A stretch of 64,000 bases of DNA. Origin: Marinicella sp. GTDB taxonomy: Bacteria; Pseudomonadota; Gammaproteobacteria; Xanthomonadales; Marinicellaceae. Below, piece after piece: positions 38,760-49,292 of this stretch; the first letter of the stretch is position 1, and the number at the start of each line of letters is the position of its first letter. Made by a program: the position numbers and the translations under genes. The notes beneath the pieces were generated by a model. It was not told the DNA's origin and did not search any database. It was given only the letters and a program-made list of their open reading frames with translations. The stretch spans positions 736,001 through 800,000 of the forward strand of contig OZ246001.1 of NCBI GenBank assembly GCA_965230295.1, read 5' to 3'.

Positions 38760-39575
38760 TCAGAACGTTTGAATTTGCAGCAAGCATTCTGAAGGCGTCA
38801 TTCCAAAAGTCTGTTTAAAACTGGCTGACATATGAGAATGGCTGGAAAACCCAAAATCAAATGCCAAATCAACCAACTCCACATCATGCTGCTGTAACTC
38901 AAGAACCAAATGCCGCAGCCGTTGCTGTTTACGGTATTGGTTGATGCCTTGGCCGTTGATGTGTTTGAACACACGAGACAAGTGGTAAGGGGATGTGTGG
39001 TGCAATTCGGACAACTGCTGTAAAGACAAATTAACACTTAAATCAGCTTGTAAGGATTCTTTAACACGTTCAACCAATCTTTTATGCTTGTTGCGCTGCC
39101 GTGCAAATGATCGGTCAGTATCCGTATGGGTTAACAAGCCATGAAACAGGGTCAATACACCTTCTTCAACGTGTAAGGGATTGGCCACATTGGTTTCTGA
39201 GATTTGACTGAGAAGTCTTAGGTGCTGTAAGAACACGGGTGCCGGGCATGGCATGTTTTCACAGCTGAAATGACGCCGGTCTTTTTCAACCACTTCCGAC
39301 AACAGCTCATCAGAGATTCGAAACCAGTGACAATAATCTCCAGTTTGATTGATGGCAAAACGCTTGTAAGTTTGTCCTTGGTTATAGAAGTTCACCAAGG
39401 TTGGGTCAGCGACAAAAGCATCTGAACCGGTGTGTTGAATCCAAATACTGTTTTTCGGGAATACGATGATGGGCGATTCCACAAACCCTGTTTCAAAGAA
39501 ACATGAATCTGCTGGATCTACCGCAAACACTCCAATTTCAATCAAATCAGTTTGATACAGGATGGCCTCTTTCAT
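38760..39575 (-). CDS. AraC family transcriptional regulator
   Basis: SPYHLSRVFK and LAFDFGFSSHSHMSASFKQTFGMTP double HTH. Confidence 0.93.
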   Translation of the reverse strand: MKEAILYQTDLIEIGVFAVDPADSCFFETGFVESPIIVFPKNSIWIQHTGSDAFVADPTLVNFYNQGQTYKRFAINQTGDYCHWFRISDELLSEVVEKDRRHFSCENMPCPAPVFLQHLRLLSQISETNVANPLHVEEGVLTLFHGLLTHTDTDRSFARQRNKHKRLVERVKESLQADLSVNLSLQQLSELHHTSPYHLSRVFKHINGQGINQYRKQQRLRHLVLELQQHDVELVDLAFDFGFSSHSHMSASFKQTFGMTPSECLLQIQTF

Positions 39576-39613
39576 GCCAATGATTTTACCTCAAAGAATG
39601 CCAGATTTCGTAT

Positions 39614-40531
39614 TTAAAAGATGGATTGTCCGGTTTCTGTGGTAAAGGCTTCAAGAAATTTCAAGCCCCGATAAGAATTGCCTTTGTCATTCAACCTCGG
39701 GCTCCACACTGCCACACTGAACTGATTGGGTAAAACCGCAACAATACCTCCACCCACACCGCTTTTTCCTGGAAGACCAACTTGATAAGCAAAATCACCG
39801 GCCTCATCGTAAAAGCCACAAGTCAACATGATGGCGTTCATGCGTTTGGTTTGACTGGTGTTAAGCAGACATAACTTTCCATCAAGCGTACACCCTTGGT
39901 TGGCAAAGAGCATGAATGTTCTGGCCAATTGCTCACAATTCACCAAAATTGAACAACAATCAAAGTACAGGTCTAACACCGCATCCACATCGTTGTTGAT
40001 GTTACCCAATGACTTCAGAAAGTTAACCAATGCCACATTACGGAAACCAACCGATTTTTCAGATGCGGCAATGACAGGGCTGAATCCAACCGATGGATCT
40101 CCTGAGACAGAACGAATCAACTCAATGACCGCTTGTTTTGGGTCTTCGTATAAATCGATCAATATATCACTGATGACCAATGCACCTGCATTTGAAAAAG
40201 GATTCCGTGGGATACCATCATCGTATTCTAAGGTGCCCAAAGAATTGAATGGCGTGCCAGAAGGCTCCACCCCCACTCGTTGCCATAACTGACCGCCCAG
40301 TTTGCTGTAGGCCATACTGAGCAACAACACTTTGACTACACTTTGGATCGAGAAAGCATCCTGCCAATCTCCTACAGCATAACATTCACCGGTTACCGTG
40401 GTTAAACACACACCAAACTTTTCATCATCAACACATGCCAACTCAGGGATATAAGACGCGACATCTCCATAGTTTTTGTGTTTTAACAACTCACTGTGGA
40501 TGTGCTTTATAGTGGCTTGGTAATCAGTCAT
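39614..40531 (-). CDS. glsA: Glutaminase
   Basis: VASYIPELA, FSIQSVVK, VGVEPSG, PRNPF.NAGA, GLPGKSGVGGG. Confidence 0.95.
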   Translation of the reverse strand: MTDYQATIKHIHSELLKHKNYGDVASYIPELACVDDEKFGVCLTTVTGECYAVGDWQDAFSIQSVVKVLLLSMAYSKLGGQLWQRVGVEPSGTPFNSLGTLEYDDGIPRNPFSNAGALVISDILIDLYEDPKQAVIELIRSVSGDPSVGFSPVIAASEKSVGFRNVALVNFLKSLGNINNDVDAVLDLYFDCCSILVNCEQLARTFMLFANQGCTLDGKLCLLNTSQTKRMNAIMLTCGFYDEAGDFAYQVGLPGKSGVGGGIVAVLPNQFSVAVWSPRLNDKGNSYRGLKFLEAFTTETGQSIF

Positions 40532-40559
40532 GAGGATCAACCTGTTCAATCTTAAAGGA

Positions 40560-43424
40560 TTACATGGTAACCAAAACCCGAATAGAATCCAACTGAGGCT
40601 GGGTTTGGTTGATGGCTTGCATCGCTTGGGATAAATGCGCTTGCATGTGAGCGATCTCATCATCTCTTACCTGACCATTGTGCTCAGCCAGTTGTTGTAG
40701 ACGTGAGATTTCTCGCTTTAGGTTTTCTGAAACCTGCTGTTGTGCAACCTGTTTTATTTCAGGCAATTGTTGTTGCATCATTTCGTCAGCTTTTTGTAGC
40801 AATGATTTGATCACTGAAATTTTGGCTTTCAACACTTCCACAGCCACATTCATGGGGGCAGAGTTCTTGAATTTATTGATCAACTTCTCGGTCAATTTTG
40901 AACCAACGTCTATACCTGCTTCAGCCAGTAAATAGCGTTGGTTGATGGGCGGCAAATAACGAGACAATTGCATTGAACTTTGTCCAGTGGCTTGCACCAG
41001 ATAACGGCATTCCAAAAAAATCTGGCCAGCATTCAAACCAGAATTCTGTAACACAGCAAAAGCTGTATTTCCTTGTTCTTGGTTCAATATCAATTCCAGT
41101 ACTTCGGTCACCATGGGGTGCTCCCATGTGATGTAATGAAAGGTTTCATTGGCCAAAGCAATGTCCCGATCATAAGTGATGGTCATGCCATCATCCAATA
41201 AAAACGGAAAATAGCCATGCATTTCATCGGTGGGTCTGATGACCTCACTGCCTGGGCGATGTTCTTCATAATGTACTCCAAACAAATCAAAAACCCGGTG
41301 CATGAATTTTTCTAGCAGCGCCTCTTGCTCAAAAGCTTCAGCCTGTTCAGTCAACGCTTTGGCAGCTGCGGGACGGCATGAATTGTATTCCAATAAGCGA
41401 TCTCGACCTTTGGTCATTTTGGCCAATAAATCATCACTCAACTGTTTGCTTTTTAGGATTAACCGGCTCATGCTTTGATCATCCAGCTTTTTTTGTAGCT
41501 GATCGGCACATTCTGTAAATACATGATGGGCGGCCGGATTGGTTTGTTGAAATAAATTCAATCCCTCGTCATACCATTTAAACCACAACTCCTGGATGGT
41601 GTCTTGCAGATAAGGCACATGAATCTGAATGGTTTCTGTCTGCCCAATGCGGTCTAAACGTCCAATCCTTTGTTCCAACAAATCTGGGTGACCCGGTAAG
41701 TCAAAAAACAGCAAGTGGTGGGCAAATTGAAAATTCCGACCTTCACTGCCTATTTCAGAACACAACAACACATGGGTGCCATTCTCTGAATCTGCAAACC
41801 AGGCAGCGGCTTGATCCCTCTCAATCAAACTCATGCCCTCATGAAAAACCGCCACATGGATGCCATGAGAATCTCTGAAATGTTGTTCAAGTTTTAGGAC
41901 CGTTGCGGCTTGTGATGCGATGATCAGGATCTTTTCTTGTTTAAGTGACTGGCTCTTTTCAACCAACCACTGCACACGTGGATCAACTTCCAACCATTTA
42001 TCAGCGGCTTCATCAGACAGCACTGATTCAGGTGTCAATGAGTTATTGGCTGCTTCAAGTGATTGATACAAATCAGGCGTTTTCAATGCAGTGGCATGTA
42101 GTTGGCGTTCAGGAAATCCGGTGACCGATTGCCGGGTATTTCTAAACAGTACACGGCCTGTGCCATGTTGATCCAACAACTGGTTGATGATCGCCACCCC
42201 ATACTCAGGGTGTTCATTCAATGCCATGATCTGTTGCAGTAAATCGTCTGACACCTGATCTTTGAGTTGTTTGGCCATGGTATTGACATCAATCTCAGAC
42301 TCGCTTTCGATGGCTTGAATCAACAATTCAATGGTATCAGCGACCGTTTCAAAAGCAGCCTCTTCAGCCACAAATTGATCAAAATCCTGGTATCGGTCAG
42401 CATCCAATAATCGCAATCGAGCAAAATGACTTTTCCTGCCTAATTGTTCTGGCGTGGCTGTGAGTAACAAAACACCAGGGATGTTTCGTGCAAAGGATTC
42501 AATCAACTGATAGGCCATCACAGAATCAGAAACAGCTTGTCCTTCGGCCACTTCACCTTCGAACCATTCCAAGTGATGGGCTTCATCCACCACCATCAAG
42601 TCCCACTTGGCCGCCAGTATTTGTTCTTCTCGCAACGGGCTTTCTAAAATCATTTCCAAGGGTAACAACACCAATTGTGCGGCGTCAAATGGGTTGTCAA
42701 AACCACTGGACATTTCAATTTCCTGGCACTTCTCTTCATCAAACACACTGACTTGTAAATTGAAACGTCGCAACAACTCAACCATCCATTGATGGGTTAA
42801 ACTTTCAGGCACAATGATGATGGCCCGCTGTGCGCGGTTGGTTAATAATTGCTGGTGCAGGATCAAACAGGCTTCAATGGTTTTCCCGAGTCCCACTTCA
42901 TCTGCCAACAACACCCTGGGGGCATAACGCTGACCCACCGAGTGAGCAATGTACAATTGATGCGGCAACAAAGCCGTGCGGCATCCTATCAACCCGTACA
43001 ATTCAGACTGTTGTAAACGCTGTTGATGCCCCCTGGCCATTTGCCGCAAGTCATACCACTTTTGTTTATCCAATTGGGCGTTCAACAGGCGATCTGCCGG
43101 ACGGTCCAGCGAAATGTTGTCAGTGATTTCGGTTTCCGGAATGACGTCTTCTTCACCATTGTCTTTGACACCAAAATAGATATTCAAACCATTCAGATTT
43201 TTAACTTCCTTGATGGTCAGCTGCCAGCCCTCTTTGTGCTGTAACTGGTCATCTACTTGTGCTTCATAGCGACTCAAAGGTGCCGAATCTTTGGCATAGA
43301 TGCGCTCTTCTCCTACGGCATCAAATGCGACTTTCACCATCCGATGGTTTTCACCAACCACCCGGCCTAAGCCCAGTTGTAGATCGGCATTGTTGATGTA
43401 TCGCTGTCCAGTGATGAATTGCAT
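40560..43424 (-). CDS. rapA: RNA polymerase-associated SWI2/SNF2 ATPase RapA
   Basis: GQR....LGLG, PRVLLADEVGLGKT, DEAHH, LTATPEQLG, SEIGSEGRNFQFA, EQRIGRLDRIGQ. Confidence 0.96.
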   Translation of the reverse strand: MQFITGQRYINNADLQLGLGRVVGENHRMVKVAFDAVGEERIYAKDSAPLSRYEAQVDDQLQHKEGWQLTIKEVKNLNGLNIYFGVKDNGEEDVIPETEITDNISLDRPADRLLNAQLDKQKWYDLRQMARGHQQRLQQSELYGLIGCRTALLPHQLYIAHSVGQRYAPRVLLADEVGLGKTIEACLILHQQLLTNRAQRAIIIVPESLTHQWMVELLRRFNLQVSVFDEEKCQEIEMSSGFDNPFDAAQLVLLPLEMILESPLREEQILAAKWDLMVVDEAHHLEWFEGEVAEGQAVSDSVMAYQLIESFARNIPGVLLLTATPEQLGRKSHFARLRLLDADRYQDFDQFVAEEAAFETVADTIELLIQAIESESEIDVNTMAKQLKDQVSDDLLQQIMALNEHPEYGVAIINQLLDQHGTGRVLFRNTRQSVTGFPERQLHATALKTPDLYQSLEAANNSLTPESVLSDEAADKWLEVDPRVQWLVEKSQSLKQEKILIIASQAATVLKLEQHFRDSHGIHVAVFHEGMSLIERDQAAAWFADSENGTHVLLCSEIGSEGRNFQFAHHLLFFDLPGHPDLLEQRIGRLDRIGQTETIQIHVPYLQDTIQELWFKWYDEGLNLFQQTNPAAHHVFTECADQLQKKLDDQSMSRLILKSKQLSDDLLAKMTKGRDRLLEYNSCRPAAAKALTEQAEAFEQEALLEKFMHRVFDLFGVHYEEHRPGSEVIRPTDEMHGYFPFLLDDGMTITYDRDIALANETFHYITWEHPMVTEVLELILNQEQGNTAFAVLQNSGLNAGQIFLECRYLVQATGQSSMQLSRYLPPINQRYLLAEAGIDVGSKLTEKLINKFKNSAPMNVAVEVLKAKISVIKSLLQKADEMMQQQLPEIKQVAQQQVSENLKREISRLQQLAEHNGQVRDDEIAHMQAHLSQAMQAINQTQPQLDSIRVLVTM

Positions 43425-43538
43425 AAATTGTCTGATTTTCAAAGGCTGGTTATTTTAACAGCCTTTGTCCAGCATCCAACTGTTTAGCATAATAATCTAG
43501 TGATTGGCATTGAAAGTCATGTCAGCTAAAATCCCAAC

Positions 43539-44447
43539 ATGCTGAAAGTCTTGATCATATTTAATCCACATGCTGGCAGTGGCCGTGCCATGAATTACTT
43601 GCCACTGATTGAATCTTATGTCCAAGTACAAAATATCAAAGCTGAGATCATCCACACCACTCATATTGGGCATGCACAAGAATTGATCAAAGCCACCGAT
43701 TTATCAAACTATGATGGCGTGGTAGCAGCCGGCGGTGACGGCACTTTATTTGAACTGATTAATGGCTTGATGTGTCATGAGCCTGAAAATCGCATTCCTT
43801 TTGGTGTGATCCCTGTTGGTACCGGTAATGCATTTTCCCGAGAACTCGGCTTACAGCCCACTGATTGGCAACCTGGCATAGACATCATTTTGAAACAACA
43901 AACCCAGGACATTGATATTGGAAAAGCACAAACAAAGAACGAAAGCTTCTACTTCATCAACATCATTGGCATGGGCTTTGTGGTCGATGCCGGCCGCACC
44001 ACTTTGAAAATCAAGAAACTAGGTAAAACAGCGTATACCCTGGCCACCTTATGGGAAACTGCCAAACTGAAAAAACACCCCGTCAAACTTCGTTTGCAGG
44101 ATGTTAACAACCAACAAGAATTGATCGATGAGGAATTGGTGTTTGTTGAAGTTGCCAACAGCCGCTATACCGGCACGTCGTTTTTAATTGCACCTGAGGC
44201 CAAAATTGATGACGGCTTATTGGATGTGATCATCCTGAAGAAAATTTCTCGCCTTAAAATCCTCAGATTGTTCCCCACCATCTACTCAGGAAAACACGTC
44301 AACTACCCTGAAGTTGAAACCCGCAAAGTCAAAAGCATCACCATTGAAACGAACCAACCCATGCCATTGATGCCTGATGGTGAATTTTTTGCCCAAACCC
44401 CTGTAACCATCAGTTGTCTGCAACATGCCCTAAAAATCTTTATCTGA
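43539..44447 (+). CDS. Diacylglycerol kinase family lipid kinase
   Basis: NPHAG, GGDGT, PVGTGN, DDGLLDV, DGE. Confidence 0.92.
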   Translation: MLKVLIIFNPHAGSGRAMNYLPLIESYVQVQNIKAEIIHTTHIGHAQELIKATDLSNYDGVVAAGGDGTLFELINGLMCHEPENRIPFGVIPVGTGNAFSRELGLQPTDWQPGIDIILKQQTQDIDIGKAQTKNESFYFINIIGMGFVVDAGRTTLKIKKLGKTAYTLATLWETAKLKKHPVKLRLQDVNNQQELIDEELVFVEVANSRYTGTSFLIAPEAKIDDGLLDVIILKKISRLKILRLFPTIYSGKHVNYPEVETRKVKSITIETNQPMPLMPDGEFFAQTPVTISCLQHALKIFI

Positions 44448-44510
44448 ATCACCTGTCAACCCAAGTTGTACATCAAGCGTTGTATTGATAAACAACAACA
44501 GGAGTACTAC

Positions 44511-44732
44511 ATGAAAACGATGATTTTACTGACAGGCATTTTGGCTTTAACTTTCACCACCGGATGTCATGCCCACAAAGCAGATAAAGTGGTGGTGGTT
44601 AAGAAACCCCATAACACCAAAGTGATCCTGGTGGACAACGACCACAAACGCAAAGACTACCGCATTGTATACGTCAAACCTGCAAAAAAGTCAGTCTGTA
44701 AAAAACACCGCAGACACTGGCACTGCATCTGA
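44511..44732 (+). CDS. Small basic His/Lys-rich putative lipoprotein
   Basis: AGGAG RBS, signal peptide ending TTGC, C-terminal CKKHRRHWHC. Confidence 0.7.
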   Translation: MKTMILLTGILALTFTTGCHAHKADKVVVVKKPHNTKVILVDNDHKRKDYRIVYVKPAKKSVCKKHRRHWHCI

Positions 44733-44751
44733 ATAGTTTCCCTCCCTGAAG

Positions 44752-44804
44752 GCCAAACCAACAGCGGCTTTCCCCTCTCCAATGGCTGTTGGTTTGGTTC
44801 TTTT
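44752..44804. terminator. Stem-loop between convergent genes, probable terminator
   Basis: CCAAACCAACAGC..GCTGTTGGTTTGG followed by TTCTTTT. Confidence 0.6.
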
Positions 44805-44824
44805 ACCAAAGCACCCAACCTGGT

Positions 44825-45835
44825 TCATCCCGCAATGCGCTGCTCATATTGATCCACCAATTGATGCATTACGGTTTTGCGTTCCAGGCTTGAAAAACTC
44901 GCATCAATGGCATTGTGGGTCATGCGAATTAATTGATCATCCGTGATGCCACAATGAGTCTGTACTTGCTCCATATTCTCCTGCAGATAGGCACCAAAGT
45001 GGGCAGGATCATCTGAATTTATGGTGACATTCAAGCCCAGATCCAGCATTTGTCCTATCACATGTTGGTTCATGTGTTCAAAGACATGTAAGGACACATT
45101 GGAACATGGGCACACCGTTAATGGTGTTTGGCTTTGTTGTAAATGCCTGACCAATTCAGGATCATCCAAACTGCGGATGCCATGATCAATGCGCGACACA
45201 TCGAGGTCTTTGATGGCAGACCACACATAATCAGCAGAACCTTCCTCCCCGGCATGAGCCACCACCGGCAAGCCGGTTGCTCTGATGGTTGTGAACAAAT
45301 CTTTGAATAAACTGGCTGGATAACCCACTTCAACAGCGGCCAAACCAAAACCCAAAAAACGATCGGTGTGGTGTTGATAGAATTGCCAGTCTTCATGGGC
45401 CTTTTCGACCCCCAAATGGCGGATGAACGTCGGGATCATACCACCAGTGATGCCATGTTTGTTATACCCTTCTTTGAAGGCGGCTTCAATACCATCCAAT
45501 ACCATCTCGGGTCTACAACCTCGATCAACATAGGTGCGGATGTCACAAAACACTTCAGTGTGGATGATGTTTTGTTGGTGACAAATATCCAGATAAGCAG
45601 TGGTTAATTGGAAGAAATCTTCAGCTGTCCTGATCACTTCAGTGCCTTGTATATACAATTCTACAAAATCGTTGAGGTTCTTGAACTGGTAGGCCTGATG
45701 CACATCTTCTAATGTCTTATAGGGTATGTCGATGCGGTTCTTTTCAGCCAGGTTCAGCAGCATTTCAGGCATCATAGACCCTTCAATGTGCATATGGAGC
45801 TCAACTTTGGGTAATTTTTTTATGAAATCAGACAT
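44825..45835 (-). CDS. Adenosine/adenine deaminase family protein
   Basis: LPKVELHMHIEG, AHAGEE, RIDHG, CP.SN, NSDDP. Confidence 0.92.
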   Translation of the reverse strand: MSDFIKKLPKVELHMHIEGSMMPEMLLNLAEKNRIDIPYKTLEDVHQAYQFKNLNDFVELYIQGTEVIRTAEDFFQLTTAYLDICHQQNIIHTEVFCDIRTYVDRGCRPEMVLDGIEAAFKEGYNKHGITGGMIPTFIRHLGVEKAHEDWQFYQHHTDRFLGFGLAAVEVGYPASLFKDLFTTIRATGLPVVAHAGEEGSADYVWSAIKDLDVSRIDHGIRSLDDPELVRHLQQSQTPLTVCPCSNVSLHVFEHMNQHVIGQMLDLGLNVTINSDDPAHFGAYLQENMEQVQTHCGITDDQLIRMTHNAIDASFSSLERKTVMHQLVDQYEQRIAG

Positions 45836-45948
45836 GCAATGGTTTTTTTAAAACGACACATCTTAACATTTTCTGGTGATTATTTATGCTGGTACTATGA
45901 TGTTCGAACACGTAAAATAGACAGCTTGTTAAATTATGATTGCCTGGA

Positions 45949-46905
45949 ATGAATACAGACTATTTAGACTTTGAACAACCTTTGGCTGAATTGGAAGCAA
46001 AAATCAATGAACTACAGAACGTCAGCGATGACAATGCCATGAACATTGATGAAGAAATTCAAAGGTTAAAAGGCAAACTGAAATCTAAAACGGAACAAAT
46101 TTTTTCAAACTTATCTGATTGGCAAATTTCTCAGTTGGCACGGCATCCCAAAAGACCTTACACACTCGATTATGTTGAGTTGATGTTCACAGATTTTCAA
46201 GAGCTGCATGGAGACCGTGCCTTTGCCGATGATTCTGCCATTGTTGGTGGACCAGCCAAATTAGATGGGCAGTCTGTGATGGTCATTGGACACCAAAAAG
46301 GCCGCAACACCAAATCCAAAATAAAACGAAATTTTGGCATGCCCAGACCAGAAGGCTATCGCAAAGCACTGCGACTGATGCAAATGGCTGAGCAGTTCAA
46401 CATGCCCATCCTGACATTCATTGATACACCAGGTGCCTACCCAGGGATTGGCGCAGAAGAGCGAGGACAATCAGAAGCCATTGCTAAAAATTTGGAAGTG
46501 ATGTCAAACCTGAAAGTCCCCATCATTTGTACGGTCATTGGAGAAGGCGGTTCTGGTGGAGCACTGGCCATTGGTGTAGGTGACGTCACACTGATGTTAC
46601 AGTACAGCACCTATTCGGTGATTTCACCTGAAGGTTGCGCCTCGATCCTGTGGCGCAGTGCAGACAAAGCCAAAGACGCTGCGGAAGCATTGAGCATCAC
46701 ATCAAGCAAATTAAAAGAGCAAGGATTGATTGACCAGATCATTGACGAGCCTCTGGGCAGTGCCTATCGCGACACTGAGTATGTTGCCAACCAATTAAAA
46801 GCAACCATCACCAGTGAACTGGAGCGGCTGGACAAGATGGACGATGCAGAATTGCTTGAAAGTCGTTATAAAAAACTGATGTCTTATGGTGCTTTCAGCG
46901 AATAA
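45949..46905 (+). CDS. accA: Acetyl-CoA carboxylase carboxyltransferase alpha
   Basis: [37 protein letters not shown]. Confidence 0.98.
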   Translation: MNTDYLDFEQPLAELEAKINELQNVSDDNAMNIDEEIQRLKGKLKSKTEQIFSNLSDWQISQLARHPKRPYTLDYVELMFTDFQELHGDRAFADDSAIVGGPAKLDGQSVMVIGHQKGRNTKSKIKRNFGMPRPEGYRKALRLMQMAEQFNMPILTFIDTPGAYPGIGAEERGQSEAIAKNLEVMSNLKVPIICTVIGEGGSGGALAIGVGDVTLMLQYSTYSVISPEGCASILWRSADKAKDAAEALSITSSKLKEQGLIDQIIDEPLGSAYRDTEYVANQLKATITSELERLDKMDDAELLESRYKKLMSYGAFSE

Positions 46906-48166
46906 TCCTTCGCTTTTAAACCTCAGTCAGATCCCTGAAGCCAATCGGTATTTTGTCGCTTACAGTGGCGGTATGGATTCCACAGCTGTATTACATGCCT
47001 TGGTAACTGTAACTGATCTAAAAGACAAAATTACGGCCATTCACATCAATCACAACATCGATGCCAACGCATCGCAGTGGGCTGATCATTGTCAGGCTTT
47101 CTGTGATCAATTGGGAGTCAAACTGATCTCCCGCTCGGTCACGCTGACAGACCACAGCGAAGACAGTTGTCGCCGAGCCAGGCAAGATGTATTTACTGAG
47201 CAGCTGGGTGAAGGCGACTGTTTAATCACTGGGCACCACTTGAGTGATCAAATTGAAACAGTATTATTTCGTTTAATCAGAGGCACCGGTCTATTAGGTT
47301 TGACAGGCATGAAAGTCCTATCCAAGCATGCTCATTATCAAATTTTTCGGCCCATGCTCAATACAGAAAAATCCGACATTGAAGCCTACATCAAACAAAA
47401 CCAATTAACCTACATTACAGACCCCAGTAATTCAGACAACACATACAGCCGAAATTTCATCAGAAATGAAATCATGCCTTTGGTAAGGTCGCAGTTTCCT
47501 GACGCTTCGAAGAACATTGCTCTGACCGCAAAAAATTTGCAACCTTCGGCTCAAATTCTGGGTGCGCTTTTTAAGGACTGGAACCCTTACAAAGTTCATT
47601 CATTCGCCAAAGTAGATAAGAACACTTTTGCCACAGTCATTTATTCATGGCTCTCACATTTTATTGAATTAAAACCCAGTCACCATGCCTTGCAACAATT
47701 TGCCCATGATTGTATCAACGCTGCCCCAGACAAAATGCCGCAGTTAAATTTGTCCAATGTGCTGCTGATCTATTGGGGGCAAAAGGTTTATGCACTGAAG
47801 CCCAGAAAGTTCAACAACACCGAAACTGTTGAATACTCACTGCATGCCAACAAACCCATTCAACTTCCGGGCCATTCGGGCAGTATCGAACTCTTGTCTT
47901 CTCATGCGTGTACTTTGAACGTGGTAGTCAAATTTCAGCAACCTGGTGAAAAAATATTGTTAGCAAATCAAACCATGCGTGCCAAGTTAAAAAACCTGTT
48001 TCAAGCCAAACAAATTCCACCTTGGGAGAGACAAGTGATGCCATACCTTTATATTGATGATCATTTGATGGCAGTTGGGTCACAGTTCAAGTCTGCTAAA
48101 TTCACCCAATTGTTGAACGAATTAAATGCTGAATACCATTGGCGATCACCACAATTTCTTTTGTAA
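46886..48166 (+). CDS. tilS: tRNA(Ile)-lysidine synthase
   Basis: [35 protein letters not shown]. Confidence 0.93.
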   Translation: MVLSANNPSLLNLSQIPEANRYFVAYSGGMDSTAVLHALVTVTDLKDKITAIHINHNIDANASQWADHCQAFCDQLGVKLISRSVTLTDHSEDSCRRARQDVFTEQLGEGDCLITGHHLSDQIETVLFRLIRGTGLLGLTGMKVLSKHAHYQIFRPMLNTEKSDIEAYIKQNQLTYITDPSNSDNTYSRNFIRNEIMPLVRSQFPDASKNIALTAKNLQPSAQILGALFKDWNPYKVHSFAKVDKNTFATVIYSWLSHFIELKPSHHALQQFAHDCINAAPDKMPQLNLSNVLLIYWGQKVYALKPRKFNNTETVEYSLHANKPIQLPGHSGSIELLSSHACTLNVVVKFQQPGEKILLANQTMRAKLKNLFQAKQIPPWERQVMPYLYIDDHLMAVGSQFKSAKFTQLLNELNAEYHWRSPQFLL

Positions 48167-48175
48167 AATACCACC

Positions 48176-48373
48176 ATGAGTCAAACAAAAACATTTGAAA
48201 AAAACCTGGAACAACTCACTGATGTGATCCAAAAAATGGAACAACAGGATGTGGGCCTAGAAGAATCTTTGAAACTGTATGAACAAGGTATTCAACTGAC
48301 CAGAAAGTGTCAAAAGATTATTGATGATGCTGAACAAAAAATTGAGCAGTTAATGGAAAAATCCAGTGACTGA
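48176..48373 (+). CDS. xseB: Exodeoxyribonuclease VII small subunit
   Basis: FE..LEQL...E...LEESL.LYEQG..L..C...AEQKI. Confidence 0.93.
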   Translation: MSQTKTFEKNLEQLTDVIQKMEQQDVGLEESLKLYEQGIQLTRKCQKIIDDAEQKIEQLMEKSSD

Positions 48374-49238
48374 CAATCAAGCATTGATTGATCGAATTGA
48401 TCGCTTCCTCGTTGATCAGTTAAGTACACTCAAATCACAAGACACTGGACAGTTGATTGCGGCGATTGAATATTCGTTACTCAATGGCGGTAAACGAATG
48501 CGGCCATTGTTGGTCTATGCGACCGCCAAAAGTACTGGAATAGATAAGCAGGTTGCAGACCACATTGCTGCTGCCATTGAAATGATACATGCCTACTCAT
48601 TGATTCACGATGACCTGCCTGCGATGGATGATGATGACCTTCGTCGAGGACAAGCCACCTGTCACATTAAATTTGATGAAGCCACAGCAATTTTAGCTGC
48701 TGATGCTTTACAAGCCCTGGCATTCGAAGTTCTCACCAAAACACCCATTGAGGCTGAGCATAAAGTGGCTTTGATCAACACCTTAAGCAAGGCCGCTGGT
48801 GCTGTTGGAATGGTTGGTGGTCAAATGTTGGATTTAGAGGCTGAGGGTCAACAACTCACACTCGAAGCCTTACAAAATATCCATGCCAAAAAAACCGGGG
48901 CATTACTGGAAGCCTGTGTTTCCATGGTGATCGGCTGTGATAAAGACATTTCAAAAAAGTTCATCGGTAGATATCTAGAGTTTGCACAAAATTTTGGTAT
49001 CGCTTATCAAATCATTGATGACATTCTGGATGTCACCAAGGATACCATAACCTTAGGTAAGCCAGCACAATCAGACATTAAAAACGACAAAAGCACCTAT
49101 CCAAGCCTGTTAGGACTTGATGCTGCCAAAGAAAAAGCAACAGAACATATCGATCATGCACATGAGTTATTGACCCATTTACCTGGGAACGAACTGCTGG
49201 TTCAATTGACAGAAATAATTGCCAGCAGATCCAGTTAA
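48366..49238 (+). CDS. ispA: Farnesyl diphosphate synthase
   Basis: GGKRMRP, HDDLPAMDDDDLRRG, GQ..D, KTGAL, DDILD, KSTYP; follows xseB. Confidence 0.95.
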   Translation: MTDNQALIDRIDRFLVDQLSTLKSQDTGQLIAAIEYSLLNGGKRMRPLLVYATAKSTGIDKQVADHIAAAIEMIHAYSLIHDDLPAMDDDDLRRGQATCHIKFDEATAILAADALQALAFEVLTKTPIEAEHKVALINTLSKAAGAVGMVGGQMLDLEAEGQQLTLEALQNIHAKKTGALLEACVSMVIGCDKDISKKFIGRYLEFAQNFGIAYQIIDDILDVTKDTITLGKPAQSDIKNDKSTYPSLLGLDAAKEKATEHIDHAHELLTHLPGNELLVQLTEIIASRSS

Positions 49239-49292
49239 CCTGGTCATCAATGGCCCAACTCAGTCAGTCAGGCCATATTAACTCATTGTTCT

